64,000 nt of DNA from Oikopleura dioica. Its lineage: Eukaryota > Animalia > Chordata. Both the position numbers and the translations under genes were made by a program. Of this stretch, positions 23,989-35,857 are shown in pieces. The stretch is from positions 2,790,001 through 2,854,000 of the forward strand of contig OU015566.1 of the NCBI GenBank assembly GCA_907165135.1, written 5' to 3'. Each line of letters starts with the position of its first letter. Position 1 is the stretch's first letter. The notes under the pieces are model-generated. The model had not been told where the DNA came from. It searched no databases and worked only from the letters and a program-made list of their open reading frames with translations.

Positions 23989-24930
23989 TTATAGCTCCAC
24001 CTTAGTTTTGCTCATAAAAGCGAAAGCCCTGCCGTAACAAATAAAATTCTGAGTCGATCCCTTGTCACAAGTATGGATGAGCAGTGACCCTCGCTTCATT
24101 GCTTTTGGAATCGGATCGTTTGGCATCACAACTCGTAGATGGTGATTTACCCTTTTTTCTGGCTCGTTTTGCTCTTGCTTTTGTTTTTTTGCGAGAAAAT
24201 GAGCCCGACCTTGTCTGGAAAAGATGCTTGAAAACGATATTTCCCGGTTTTGGCGACCCAAACGTCTCAACATTGATCCTAACATCTTCATAAACACGCG
24301 CCAGATAGCAACCAAATAAGGCGGCGACACCTGTTTAGATTTACATAAAATAATGCTAAAACATAATTTTCTTACCTCCGCCGAGAGAATGGCCAGTAAG
24401 AAGAATTTCGTCGACTTGATGTTTTGATTTAATTCGGTCCATGAACTCGAGAGCTTGATCTCTCAAGCCAACAAATTGTTGGTAAAAGCCTAAAAATCTT
24501 GAAATACACCGGTGTAAAAACCTGAGTCAGGGTCCTGACTAAGCGTTTATACGAAGCCGCGCGGAGCGGCTTTCTTTGAAAAGCTCTTGGTTGACCCTTA
24601 TTGAGGTCTTTTCTACACAGGTAACGAAACTGTGCGATTCTTATTTAGCATAATTTCTTTCTAAAAAGAATGAAACTGCCCGCGAAAAATACCTGCGTGA
24701 ACTTTGATCTTAGGATGCGTGTCGGCCTCTTCTTTAAATTTAACTTGCCACATTTTGAGATCTTGTGCCATGTCGCCAACTTCTGAAGTTCCACGAATGC
24801 TCAAAATTATCATTTTGCGCGGCGGTTTCAAACAGCCTGGAATTTCTTTTTCAATCGCGTAACAAATGTACGCGTCAGCACGCGACTTGTTGTGCCGAAT
24901 GTAGTCGTACTCCAGGTGGCTAAAATTTTT
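23989..24930 (-). CDS. Class-3 lipase, 3' exons; 5' part not found left of the retrotransposon
   Basis: IILSIRGT...DL...KVHAG, ILLTGHSLGG, ETFGSPKPGN, VVMPNDPIP across spliced exons. Confidence 0.85.
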
Positions 24931-25008
24931 CATTAACTTATGAATCATAAGTTATGATCGATTCGGAATCTGAAATGAGTTTTCATGAAAATATTTCTTG
25001 TTTTTTTA

Positions 25009-25301
25009 TAAGAAAAGAGAAAAAAGGTTAACTTAGGCGTAGTCGAAATTCTAGAGTATAACTTAGTTGTTTTGATTATGGTGGCCAGTTCCGAGCGTGA
25101 GTGTTGTTGAAATCAGGTGCGCGGGTCACGATATTTCTAGAACGCTCCTGAGGATGGGCCGCGCTAAAGCAAAAAGTGAAAAACACTTCATTCTGAATTT
25201 TCTCAGAGAGGCATCAACACCTCTCGGAAAATTTTCTCAAAAAGCGCTTGAAGCGGACCGGAATCCGAAAACAAGCAGCTAAGAAAGAGAATTTGAAAAT
25301 T
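25009..25301 (+). repeat. Split direct repeat A1 (293 bp)
   Basis: Identical by eye to 40003-40295. Confidence 0.97.
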
Positions 25302-25368
25302 TTTCCTCACGAATTGACGCTCTCTGGAAAACCCCTACTCAGTGTGACGTTTATTCCACACGAGGAAG

Positions 25369-26010
25369 ATGCTTACGGAGGTCAACCCTCGTCGGACGGA
25401 CGTAGCCCATTGGCTGAGACAGAAGGATAATCCGTGGGTTGGAATGTCCGTCTTTGATTTCTCAGTCACGGAGCTTTTCTCCAATCTCGTTGTCACTAAG
25501 GCTACGACTCCCGTTGGAGGTAGAGCATGTGAATGCTAATCCTCAGTAGTTAATTTTGGTTTTCAGAAGGCGTCGTCTTCCTGGAGGAACTACGGACAGA
25601 AACCTTCACGAACACTAAGCGACTGATGGACCAGTGCTTCTTGATTCGTATTTCAACTAAGGATGGAGGCAAGAACCTCTCCTTCTATCACGACGCGAAA
25701 GAGTGAGTTATTCCCACAAAATTACGTTTCCTAAGAATGATTTAGCATGACTGAGGTCCTGCTCACGGCGGATGCGCTTAATGCCTGGATAAACCCGGAA
25801 CTTATTGGCACCATCGGACGGTGGAAGCTTCCTCAGGAAAGGTTGAAGAAAATCCTTGTCGTAAAAGTTCTAAGAAAAACAATTCTAGAAACCCGAATTG
25901 AACATTCATCATTAAAACCACATATGTGTATAAACTCAGTAAATTCATTTGGAATCATCCGGGAAACATGTCAAAGCGCCTTTATGGTTTACAAAAACAA
26001 ACAATTCTAG
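25369..26010 (+). CDS. Element gene 1, unknown function, spliced; 3' end unresolved (25901 or 26010, or joined to the large ORF)
   Basis: ATG 25369. Introns 25520-25566 (47 nt) and 25703-25745 (43 nt) keep frame into ORF 25747-26010. Confidence 0.6.
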
Positions 26011-26310
26011 AAGGTCCATTATTGCGAATCACACATCCTGCCGGGAGAGATATTTAAACCCTTTCCTCAGGCCAGATAAAAGCTGAGGCGACCGGAAAAC
26101 CGGTGATTTAACCCAAAAGATGGGAAAATAATGATTCTAGAAGCCATCTATATTACAAACTACATATCTAAGTAAAGGATTTTCGGTTCTCTAACAAGAA
26201 CGCCCTCCCGAGAGATATATTCCTAAGGATTCACTAAAAACTTAGTGGACTTAAAATAAACAATTCTAGAATCGTACAAAATCGCCCAGAAGGATAATCC
26301 AATTGCTAAG

Positions 26311-29300
26311 TTGATACCGTCTTCAAACCTCTCTAAGTTGCCGAAGATTCGGGTGCCGATAACCCGAAATGATTCCTTAGCGAAGAACTGCAGCCTTCGA
26401 GCGTTCGCCAGTCTTTACAAAGAGGATGAAGCGGAAAATCCGAAATACTTAGAAATCTGCTACGACTCGCCGCGCGAGGACGACCTCAACATAAGTCTTT
26501 GGGAAGCCGAGAACTTGAATGCGATCACTAAGGCTCAACGGAAATGGTTCGAGCGAGACCCAGCGGGAAAACTGAGATCCCCGGCGCCGGCTGACCCAAA
26601 GAAGCTACTGGACACGAGCACTTCAGCCTTGATCCGCTGGTGGACCAAACTTCTGATGAAGAAAGATACTCAGGCAGGCCATCTCGACTTAGATATCTCC
26701 ACCTTGCTCACTGAGGAAGATTTGGACGACATCTTTCGGTGGACCGAAACCGTGGACCAAGCGGATTTCAATACCCAAAATTTAACTAAGTTCCTCGCGT
26801 CTCGATGGATAAAGCGAACCCGACCACACACCCGCAGAATCTGGTATGAGAAAGACTACGTGGAGAAACTAAAAGAAACAGGCGGAAACCTAAGAGAAAC
26901 TACGAATCCTGAGATAGTTGAAAAGCTATACAAGCTCGCTGACTGCATTCGAATTGACCCGGGTAACCAATTCTGGAGATTCACCGCGGCATGGCTGAGA
27001 CAAGTTTACCAACTAAGTTACAGCTGGCACAAAAGCATGCAGCAGAACACTGAGGAAATCCCGGAGACTCTTTTCTTCTTCGAGAACGGCGCAGATTTGA
27101 CCAGACGCAAGAAGGAGAAAGATGAATACCTGAGCCCGATTCCCTCCGTCATTGAAGAAACGTCTTCGACCCCGACGGCCTGGTTGCTTATTGACACAGC
27201 CCCGCTGCAACTGGTTTTGATCAACTTAGAATACGATAAGGAAAGAATCACTCAGGAAATGTGGATCTGGCAGAAGCTGGCCAAGACGATGGGCGTCAAG
27301 AAAGAAGTCCAAGAGTCGATTCGACGATGGATAGCCACAACTCAGAGACAGGGCTTTCGCCAAGCTGCGGATGATTGGAAAAACTTAGTGGAGAAAGTTA
27401 ACGATCGTAACTGCGAAGGAAACCTGAGGGTGTTAATCGAACCATGGGCAAATTCGACCGACGAACAAATGTTGAAGAACATCCGACAGACTCTGATTTA
27501 CTTAGCAAACGACGACATCATGGTCACCAGAGCCCGACTTAGAAAAATCCTAGGAAAGCAGAGGGTTTCAAACGAAGTTATCAACTTTGAAGATATTGAA
27601 ACGGTCGAGGCTGACTCCCTCCCATACGATTTTACGACTCAGATTCTCAACGGCGGCCCAGTCAGAGTCTTCCAAACTTCCTCAGAACACAGACCGGGCA
27701 TCTGCAGAGTCATCGGCTGTTCTCGACGCAGCGGAAACTTTCAGTGCTGCAACAAGTGCGGACAAGCCCTCCCGATGATTTTCGACAACCTGAGAGACTC
27801 AAGAATGGTCGTCGACCTATCCCAACCCACTGAGAAGAAAGTAATTGCGCGGGAGCGATGGACGGAACCGAAAATCATGAACGACGTTCACCCACACACC
27901 CGAGCTGAAATCCACGCCGACATCATCGACATTCAATCCACTCAGAGGGAAATGGGTGGCGCCCGCGACAAAATTGCGGCGATTCTGGCTGAGAAATATC
28001 TGTCAGGAGTTCAACGAGACTGGGGCCACTCGTATTACCGCAATAATGAAAATCTACTGAGAAATATGAGGGACTTCGCGGAAAACTTCCAAACCCTTAA
28101 GGAAAAAGCTCACTGGTGCTGCCTTCAAGAGCAAACGGAAGGCGTGGCGATCCTCTTTCCTCTACTCAGCATCAACGACGATGGCAAAAGAAAATACGCC
28201 GACCCTCTCTTAGTCCAGATAACTAAGGGATCTTACTCGAGAGGGATCCTGCTCCGCGAATTACCCGACAACACTGAGAAACTCTGGACTAAAACTAAGT
28301 TTAAACTGAGACACGTGGACGTCCTGGCCTTCATCGACCAAGTCTCCCAGCTCGCTGAAATGTACGACGCTGAAAACTACCTCCCTGAGTTCGAAGTAAT
28401 GCGCGACATTATCACTAAGCAAAAGGGAATCGACATCGCCATCCTGACCGAAACACACAGGGAATTCGAAAAACTCTCAAATCTCCTGCTACGAGAATTG
28501 GTCGACGACGTGGAAAACAGGGGGGCCAGAACCCAGTACCCACAAATCTTAGGACACGGCTCAGTATATGGTTTCTCAGTAATTGACCGTTTTGATGGCC
28601 GATCGAAACAAACCAAAACTTTCCTCAGACCAGTCCAAAAAGGCGCTCATCTTGGAATGCCGAAATCCGTGGACAAACACGAATCTCAGTCACTCCTGAA
28701 CTTCCTGAGCAACTTAGCAGTCGCAAGAAACACCGTCAACGGTTGTCATCCTGAGAACTTGATGGGCATCACAACCTGGAGCGTTTTGGGATCTTCTCAG
28801 GGAGCGGAATGGGCACGACAAGAAGAGGTGGTTGCCTTCATGGCATTGATCATCGATCATGCAGACCGTGCCATCCTGAGATTTTGGAAAATTGAAGAAG
28901 CTGAGTTGATCTACAAGGATGGAGTTTTCAAACCAACTGAGGAAACTCCTGAAATTACTAAGAAGAAGATGGCAACTTCTCAGGCGCCACGCGAATTACA
29001 AGCTCAGCGGGAAGAAACCCTCTGGAATAAACTGAGAAGTCACACGTTGTGGCCCCGCCGTTTCTTAGAATCGATCCGACAGTACCTTCAGCCAGACGGC
29101 CGAGTGGGAAAGCGCCTGTTGAAGCAGATTCTTCATGACTTTAATCGCTTCTATCTTACAGGATACATGGGCCAGAAGAGAGCCCTCATCCCGATAATGG
29201 AACGATACTTTCAACTCAGAGATGATGCGAGGAACACGAGAAATCGCCCACGGGATCCGACGAACAGACCTTTCCCTTCTAAGACTTGGCACAAACGCCA

Positions 29301-30576
29301 ACGAACGACCCGCAAAAAGCTCGACAAATTCGGTTTCCCGGAACCGGGCGATGACTCAGATTGCTCAGATTATAGCTCAGGCGAAAACGACCCCGAACCA
29401 AATTACGATACGGGACTTACATATGTAGCCGACTCAGCATCGGAACTATCCGACACTAGCTCAGACTCAGACTCGAACTCAGAGGATGGAGAAAGAAGCC
29501 TTCGCGTGGAAGAATCCTTGTCGAATGAAGAAATTCCCCCAGCCTTGGTGAGACTGGAGGATGCAGGATCACCGAACTTACCTCAGCTGGAAGATGTTCC
29601 CGAGCCACCACCGGCCTCAATGAGGGAAGAAATCGAAAAACTTAGTCAGAAAACTCAGAAGAATCACCCAGAGCCCGAACAACCTGGCGGTTTCAACAAA
29701 GAAAGATACTTCGAGATGCTGAAAGAAGAAAGGCACGCAAGAGTGCTAGCTGGCGAACTTTCTCACCTTTATTTATCTAAGGAAACAGAGGATAAAGCTA
29801 AGCAAGAAGCGAGGGATTTCTTCGCACGAAAAGCCCAGGAGTACGCGAAAAGAAATGTGGCAGCGGGGATGAGCTCAGAAAGCTCTTCTTCATCGTCCTC
29901 AAACAGCGAAAGTCCTGAAGAAGATGAGATTGTCATGGTCCCAAGACTGGAAGACGACTCCGGCTCGTCTTCGGATTCCTCAGTGGCAACAGTCATCGAT
30001 CAAACTGAGTTTAGAAGGCGACAAGAAGCGATCCAGAAGATCTCCGACGTCCAGCGAATCGAAACGGATGATAGACAACGGGAAAATTTAACTAAGAAAA
30101 TCCTTTCGCGAGAACTGCTTGGCGAAACTAAGAAAGAAGATGGACTTTCGGGGTCACGAAAGAACGCCGGAGCAGCCGGAAAACTTGCAACTGAGAAAGA
30201 GTTAGAGGAAATCACTGAGGACATGAGCAAACTGAGCGTCAGCAAGAGCGAGAACTCGGGAAACGACTCGAAACCGACACCTAGAAATCAAAATCTGCTC
30301 TTCGATGAAGCTAGACAGCTGAGACAAGGTACGGGTGGAGAGAGACCCGAGAGAAGATTCAGATTCGCCGATAACTCATCAAGGGAGCGACAACTAAGCG
30401 AAGTTCGTGTGATTCAGCGATTGAACTACCGACGAATGTTCGACTCAGCGGAACTGAACCAAAACGAGGGTCCGTCTTATTTGCCTGAGGAAGAAGACGG
30501 TTCACTTCCAGAAGGTAAAACGACACACATAAAAACTCCATTTAATACTAAGAAAGAATACTGGCTAAAAGATTGA
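26311..30576 (+). CDS. Element ORF, 1421 aa, unknown function; acidic/Ser-rich C-terminal third
   Basis: Uninterrupted ORF, open from 26260. First in-frame ATG is late (LLMKK), so the 5' end is probably spliced. Cys cluster CRVIGC...CCNKC. Confidence 0.85.
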   Translation: MIPSSNLSKLPKIRVPITRNDSLAKNCSLRAFASLYKEDEAENPKYLEICYDSPREDDLNISLWEAENLNAITKAQRKWFERDPAGKLRSPAPADPKKLLDTSTSALIRWWTKLLMKKDTQAGHLDLDISTLLTEEDLDDIFRWTETVDQADFNTQNLTKFLASRWIKRTRPHTRRIWYEKDYVEKLKETGGNLRETTNPEIVEKLYKLADCIRIDPGNQFWRFTAAWLRQVYQLSYSWHKSMQQNTEEIPETLFFFENGADLTRRKKEKDEYLSPIPSVIEETSSTPTAWLLIDTAPLQLVLINLEYDKERITQEMWIWQKLAKTMGVKKEVQESIRRWIATTQRQGFRQAADDWKNLVEKVNDRNCEGNLRVLIEPWANSTDEQMLKNIRQTLIYLANDDIMVTRARLRKILGKQRVSNEVINFEDIETVEADSLPYDFTTQILNGGPVRVFQTSSEHRPGICRVIGCSRRSGNFQCCNKCGQALPMIFDNLRDSRMVVDLSQPTEKKVIARERWTEPKIMNDVHPHTRAEIHADIIDIQSTQREMGGARDKIAAILAEKYLSGVQRDWGHSYYRNNENLLRNMRDFAENFQTLKEKAHWCCLQEQTEGVAILFPLLSINDDGKRKYADPLLVQITKGSYSRGILLRELPDNTEKLWTKTKFKLRHVDVLAFIDQVSQLAEMYDAENYLPEFEVMRDIITKQKGIDIAILTETHREFEKLSNLLLRELVDDVENRGARTQYPQILGHGSVYGFSVIDRFDGRSKQTKTFLRPVQKGAHLGMPKSVDKHESQSLLNFLSNLAVARNTVNGCHPENLMGITTWSVLGSSQGAEWARQEEVVAFMALIIDHADRAILRFWKIEEAELIYKDGVFKPTEETPEITKKKMATSQAPRELQAQREETLWNKLRSHTLWPRRFLESIRQYLQPDGRVGKRLLKQILHDFNRFYLTGYMGQKRALIPIMERYFQLRDDARNTRNRPRDPTNRPFPSKTWHKRQRTTRKKLDKFGFPEPGDDSDCSDYSSGENDPEPNYDTGLTYVADSASELSDTSSDSDSNSEDGERSLRVEESLSNEEIPPALVRLEDAGSPNLPQLEDVPEPPPASMREEIEKLSQKTQKNHPEPEQPGGFNKERYFEMLKEERHARVLAGELSHLYLSKETEDKAKQEARDFFARKAQEYAKRNVAAGMSSESSSSSSSNSESPEEDEIVMVPRLEDDSGSSSDSSVATVIDQTEFRRRQEAIQKISDVQRIETDDRQRENLTKKILSRELLGETKKEDGLSGSRKNAGAAGKLATEKELEEITEDMSKLSVSKSENSGNDSKPTPRNQNLLFDEARQLRQGTGGERPERRFRFADNSSRERQLSEVRVIQRLNYRRMFDSAELNQNEGPSYLPEEEDGSLPEGKTTHIKTPFNTKKEYWLKD

Positions 30577-30640
30577 TTAAAGGCAGCTTTTTCGGACCAG
30601 GATATAAAATTTCATTTGAAATAGTTCCGCTAAGCATTTC

Positions 30641-31250
30641 ATGAACCGGTATTTCCAGCTACTAAATTTAACTAAAATATGGTGTTGACTTTGTTAACAA
30701 AATTATCCTTACTAACTTAGAATTATAGTTCCAGCCGGCATTTACGGTCAGAGCTCGAGATTTACACGCCGGGGACCTACTGGCGAGTCCGAGCGAGAAA
30801 TCCTACGACTAAGACAGATCGGAATCACCAGGGAAGCCCAAGCAGTCGAAACAGCCGCCTCCACGTGGTCCGAAACTCAGGTCAAGAGGATTGAAATGGC
30901 CGCTTATACGGTCACGACCCTTTACAACTCAGTCACAGATGATGTGCTCTTACAGGTAGCTCAGTAATTCAAGTTTCTCGGGAAATTAATGAAATCTCAG
31001 GCACAAGACGACTTGGCACGTTTTGCCTTAGAAGACGGCGCTCAACTCACACGCTTACTTCACCAACTAAGTTTAACTCGAAGAGACGCCTTTTTCAACC
31101 CGTCAGTTTTGCGGCTCTCTATTTACCACGCGCTCAGACGAATGCAGAAACTGGTAAGAACTGAAACTCGGACCCAGAACTAAGTAAGTGGTTCAGGGAC
31201 AGGTTAAAACATGGTGGAAGGACTTCATCCCGAAGAGCCGAGAAGATTGA
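30641..31250 (+). CDS. Element gene 3 (~150 aa), unknown function, spliced; first exon tentative
   Basis: Exons 30721-30955, 31001-31153 and 31197-31250 joined by 45- and 43-nt GT-AG introns in phase 0. Confidence 0.6.
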
Positions 31251-31547
31251 AAACCGAAAAAACCAATAACTTAGAACAGTAAAATTTTCCTTTCTACTGA
31301 GAAAACTTCAAACTTAGTCTGTATCCATTTATCAATACACTTATCTCATTGACAAGCAAAAACGCTACGCCGAGAATTCACAACTTCCGTGGTCAGATTA
31401 CAGCCGAGAAGCCCGGTGAAATGGGAGACCCCAAAGTACTCGGTGCTTCGGAGCGGAATGAAGGAGTCGGTGACTCTGAGGCCTCGGTGGTTATGAATTC
31501 TTGGAGGGCAATTTTTGTTATATATACTCAGGTTCAAAGGCTTCAGA

Positions 31548-32736
31548 ATGAGCAAAACTCGCAAGCATAACTCGATTCCCCCAACTCAAACTGAGCAAGA
31601 TCAAGAGCCTCAACTTGGAACAAGCGGCTCAGTGCAGGAAAAACTCAGTGATAGCGGAGAATGTACGATCAAGGTGTTGCAAGAACAAGTCATCACTTTG
31701 CAGGCGCAAGTCAAGCTTGTCGACTCGGTGGTCAAAAATCAAGCACACCTGGAGAATTCCGTGGATACCTTAGCAAACCAACTTCACTTAGCACACCAGC
31801 ACAACGACACGGTGGTCCCGACAGACTACACACGCGATTTAACTGAGATTGAAAAAGAAACCGGCCGTTTCTCGAAACCGATCGAAATTTCGGTTCAACA
31901 GGCTTATAGAGTCGAAGCAACTTACACTCAGATGCTGGCCCTAACACTGGGAAGAGAAGCTAAATGTCTCTACGCGGCAACACGTTTCTCCCTGTACGAT
32001 CTTTTTCCCAATCTTACCTCAGAACAGACAATGGTAAAGAAAGTCCCACTCGACGCCAGCATCTATAAAGAATTTGCCGACGTCAATGCACTACTTAGAG
32101 AACTCATGGACGAACGCAAGGAGAAACGAACGTGGTCTTTAAATCTGAGAGATGGCCTTTTTATCGTAGCACGGTGAGTACTCAAAGACCTTAAAACTTC
32201 ACTTTAAGATTCCCGTCAAAAATTTTCCGTACTAAATAACGTAGACTCCCTAGAATGTATTTCTTGTAAATCTTCGTTATATAAATCTTGAACGTTCTTT
32301 AGTAGTTGAAACGAATACAAACTTAGTGATTCCTCGACAAACTGAGTTATTTAGAAACACCTACCAAGCCTTCTTCGTCGATCTTCTCCGGGCAGTCACG
32401 GCCCCAAACATCTTCGAGCTGTCCCTGGGAACTTTATCTCACTTAGTCAGAACATCGAAGGATGGCCTACAACGTTTATTCGGACGACACAATAACACCG
32501 TCTACAGAATGGACGACTGGCTGAGAATGTCTGAGAGCCCTACTTTTACCAGACAGAACGCACTACAAGAACTAAGAAACCTCTTCCCACTCAAGTCGGA
32601 GACATCGAAGATGGTTTTCACAGCACTGGCCTTGGATAAAGCAGATGAGGCTCTCGCAGCCGGCATCGATGATTGGCATGCCACGTCCTCGAAATACGAC
32701 TTAGAAGAAGAAGGAGAAATCCCGACGACTACTTAA
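31548..32736 (+). CDS. Element gene 4, coiled-coil N-terminal half, possible Gag/ORF1-like; join between 31548-32173 and 32326-32736 unresolved
   Basis: cttcag|aATG start. Heptad-like VLQEQVITLQAQVKLV. GTGAGT donor at 32174. Confidence 0.55.
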
Positions 32737-32936
32737 AACTCAGACTCAGAGGAAGAGGCCGGAAACATCTACGAAAATTTCGTCAGGAAAGCCAAAAGAG
32801 CCCGACTATAAAGAAGGAATAATTTTACTTAGATCATAAATAACTACTGAGATAAAAACAACTGAGAGTTGAATTATGTAATCTGCCTTTACAATTAAAT
32901 ATATCCAATAAGGAAATTCCACGTCCACATTTCAGA

Positions 32937-35345
32937 ATGACAGATAATTATAACTTTCATGAGGCGCGCGCGAAAACGTTGGAATTAATAAAAGAAGGAA
33001 AATTCGATTATCGCAACTCAGATGAAATTGCAGCATGCAAGCTCGATCAACTGGAACGAGACAAGAATACACCGATTTGGAACACTCAGGACTGGATAGC
33101 TTATGGATTAAGATGCTTAGATAACTTAGAAAAATACGATAACGGGAACCTTGTACTCGACTGGGAGTTAATAAGGTTTAGAGCAGAGTCAGAATTCCAA
33201 GCAGGTTCGTTTTCTAAAATGTCCCCAATTTGGTTTTTAATCTCGAACAGACTTAGGCCCCAAGACCGCGGCGAAATTTATCACACCATTCATAAAGGAG
33301 TAAACCTGTTCGATAATTTAACTAAGATATCGGAGAAAAAACCAATAATTTATAAGAACAAATCATTTTTTACTAAGAAAATTACTAACCCAGACAATGC
33401 CTCGATTTGCCACAAGGAGGAAGTGGTCTGGGCAGAAAAGTACCCATACCCGCGAGAGGTGTGGACCCCAGTCTTCAGAAATGATAAGGGAAACATTGAG
33501 AACTTAAGTTTTAGAAACCCAAAGTCCATCACCAAGTACCACTCCGTTATTACTAAGCAATTAATTAAATGGTCCAACTCGGGGAGTATTGAGTGGGTTC
33601 CCTGGCATCACGTTCAAAGACCCTTAATGATCGGAAATATAGTTATCGCCCCAAAAGCAGGACCTGAGCTCTATCGAATGTGCTATAACGGGGGCCCCAT
33701 AAAGTTCTGTGAAGAGCACAAACAACCCTGCCACTTAGATACAGCCGCAATGGCTCTGGATCACCTAGAAAAAGGGGACTTGCTGACCAAAGTGGACGAC
33801 AAGTCGGGTTTCCACCAACTTTTCTTAGATAAATTTAGCCGAGAAATGGCATATTGCTCGTACGGGGGAGAACTCTTTCGTTACTCAGCGGCCGCGTTCG
33901 GTCTCCCTAAGATTCCCGGAGTCTACCAAATGATAAACAACGTGGCAATTAATTTTCTGAGAGAAAGGGGCCACCAGGCCTTCTTATACTTAGATGACAG
34001 ACTTTTTATCACAAGACCAAAAACTAAGACAGAAGCGGAAGACCTTCTCAAAGGGAAAAAGGTCCCCGAGGGACCTTTCTTAGGAATGATGATAATGACG
34101 GCCTTGGGAACTTATATTAATCGACCAAAGAGCGAGCTGGTTCCCACCAGAAGAATAGAATTTTTAGGTTTTATAATGGACACCGATAAATGCACGGTTG
34201 AGATCCCACCGGGAAAGTGGGAGAAGTTTTCTGAAGAATCTAAGGAAATCTTGAAGAAATCCAAAGTCTTATTTAAGGACTTGGAAAAGCTAAGGGGGAA
34301 GATGGCGTCTTTCGCGTTGGTCGCCTTAAATATGAGACTCTACATAAGACGGATAACTGAGGCTCTGGTTAGATCGGAAGGAGAGGATTACGTTAAAATG
34401 ACTCAGGATATTAAGGATGAAATTAATGAATGGCTCAGCTCGAAATACGTAGCCAAAAGTAGATCTTGGCTCAAGCCGGGTATTGTCAAAGCCAGGATAA
34501 CTGAGGTACATACAGACGCAAGCAATTATGCGGCTGGAGTCACCATCGAATCGGAAAACTTAGATATTAATGTCCCCTATACGGAAGGTGATGCGATAAG
34601 CAGAGACCCCATACACCTAAAAGAGGCATACGCCGTTTTGTACACACTCAGAAATTTCGGGAAAAAGTTTCGAAACCGCAGACTTAGCTTTAAAAACGAC
34701 AACATGGCTGTCGTCAGAACTTTCGAGCACGGCTGCTCGAATCCGGCCCTGAATAGACTAATCCGCAAGATCCATGAAACGGCGGCGGACAATAATATTT
34801 CCTTAGAAATAGAATGGGTTCCTACAAAAGAACAAAAAGCGGACGCGGCCTCGAGAATGATCGACTCACGTGAAGCTATCTTTCGCACTTCAGCTTTCAC
34901 TGAGATTGAGAGAACTCTCAAAATAAAATTTACCTTAGACGCAATGGCCAGCCCGAACAACAAGAAATGCAAAAACTTCATCTCTTGGAGAGAGGAGGAT
35001 AACACGTGGGCCTCAGATTTTTTCTCAGTTAAGGACTTCGGGGATCACAACATCTGGGTTTTCCCGCCCAAGAAATGCACAGAAAAGGCCTTTTTCTGGC
35101 TTAAGGAACGGGCGAGACGAAACACATGGGCGCTGGTTATCTTAGAGTATGAAGCGGTTTCTTCAATCTGGCCAGTGGCCACCGGCCCGGAATTTAGCAC
35201 ACTTAGAAATATTAAGAATAATCCTGTTCTCTTCCCTTCGAAAAAGTGGTCTGATAGCTTTAAGGGATATTGGAAAATTCCAAGCAAAACCACCTGTTCA
35301 ATCTTAGTGCATTATCCAACAAGAAAACGAGCTCTCCAAATTTAG
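32937..35345 (+). CDS. Pol: reverse transcriptase + RNase H + DIRS-type Dam-like methyltransferase domain (802 aa)
   Basis: RT: KVDDKSGFHQ, FGLPKIP, YLDD, IEFLGF. RNase H: VHTDASNY, HLKEAYAV, DNMAVV, KADAASR. MT: LDAMASPNNKKC, DFFS, WVFPP. Confidence 0.95.
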   Translation: MTDNYNFHEARAKTLELIKEGKFDYRNSDEIAACKLDQLERDKNTPIWNTQDWIAYGLRCLDNLEKYDNGNLVLDWELIRFRAESEFQAGSFSKMSPIWFLISNRLRPQDRGEIYHTIHKGVNLFDNLTKISEKKPIIYKNKSFFTKKITNPDNASICHKEEVVWAEKYPYPREVWTPVFRNDKGNIENLSFRNPKSITKYHSVITKQLIKWSNSGSIEWVPWHHVQRPLMIGNIVIAPKAGPELYRMCYNGGPIKFCEEHKQPCHLDTAAMALDHLEKGDLLTKVDDKSGFHQLFLDKFSREMAYCSYGGELFRYSAAAFGLPKIPGVYQMINNVAINFLRERGHQAFLYLDDRLFITRPKTKTEAEDLLKGKKVPEGPFLGMMIMTALGTYINRPKSELVPTRRIEFLGFIMDTDKCTVEIPPGKWEKFSEESKEILKKSKVLFKDLEKLRGKMASFALVALNMRLYIRRITEALVRSEGEDYVKMTQDIKDEINEWLSSKYVAKSRSWLKPGIVKARITEVHTDASNYAAGVTIESENLDINVPYTEGDAISRDPIHLKEAYAVLYTLRNFGKKFRNRRLSFKNDNMAVVRTFEHGCSNPALNRLIRKIHETAADNNISLEIEWVPTKEQKADAASRMIDSREAIFRTSAFTEIERTLKIKFTLDAMASPNNKKCKNFISWREEDNTWASDFFSVKDFGDHNIWVFPPKKCTEKAFFWLKERARRNTWALVILEYEAVSSIWPVATGPEFSTLRNIKNNPVLFPSKKWSDSFKGYWKIPSKTTCSILVHYPTRKRALQI

Positions 35346-35346
35346 A

Positions 35347-35790
35347 ATGGCCCCCTGGTTCGTTGCCTCAGTAAGAGCGGGAGACTACGCCTACAAAAAG
35401 CACGATGCAAGAGTTAACCTCTTCAACGGATACCAGTACCAGCTAGAGCAGATTCGGACTTCGAAGTTTTATAGCGGCTACAAAACTAAGTTAACAAGGA
35501 AACAGTGGGCCGACACGAGACCATCCTTGGAGGAATTACTGAGCGCAACATCGAAAGTCTTTCCTCTCTTCCGAACCACCTCCATGTCGTCGATCGAGAG
35601 ATGTATCTTGCTATCAACTCAGGACAACTTGAAATATGAATTCCTACACAACATCGGAGAAACACTGAGAGAAACTCTCGAAATGGAAGAAAAATACGTA
35701 AAATTACAAACTAAGATGACAACGCACATTCACTTAGACTGCTATACTTTCGCCCAAGAGGCAAACCTCTCAGCACCTGTCCTCGACTAA
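35347..35790 (+). CDS. Element ORF, 147 aa, unknown function
   Basis: Starts 1 nt after the pol stop (TAG-A-ATG). Confidence 0.7.
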   Translation: MAPWFVASVRAGDYAYKKHDARVNLFNGYQYQLEQIRTSKFYSGYKTKLTRKQWADTRPSLEELLSATSKVFPLFRTTSMSSIERCILLSTQDNLKYEFLHNIGETLRETLEMEEKYVKLQTKMTTHIHLDCYTFAQEANLSAPVLD

Positions 35791-35857
35791 GAAATTTCTT
35801 TTCTTGTTAACGGAAACAAATTTCATTTTAACCAAACTTTTATTTAACGAATTTAGA

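Noticed and set aside
25097-25282. Duplicated 61-aa ORF (also 40091-40276)
   Set aside because: GTG-started ORF lying within repeat A, with no coding evidence.
34860-35345. Bacterial or phage contamination suggested by a Dam-like methyltransferase
   Set aside because: The domain is fused to RT-RNaseH as is typical of DIRS-order elements, and it is flanked by spliced eukaryotic genes.
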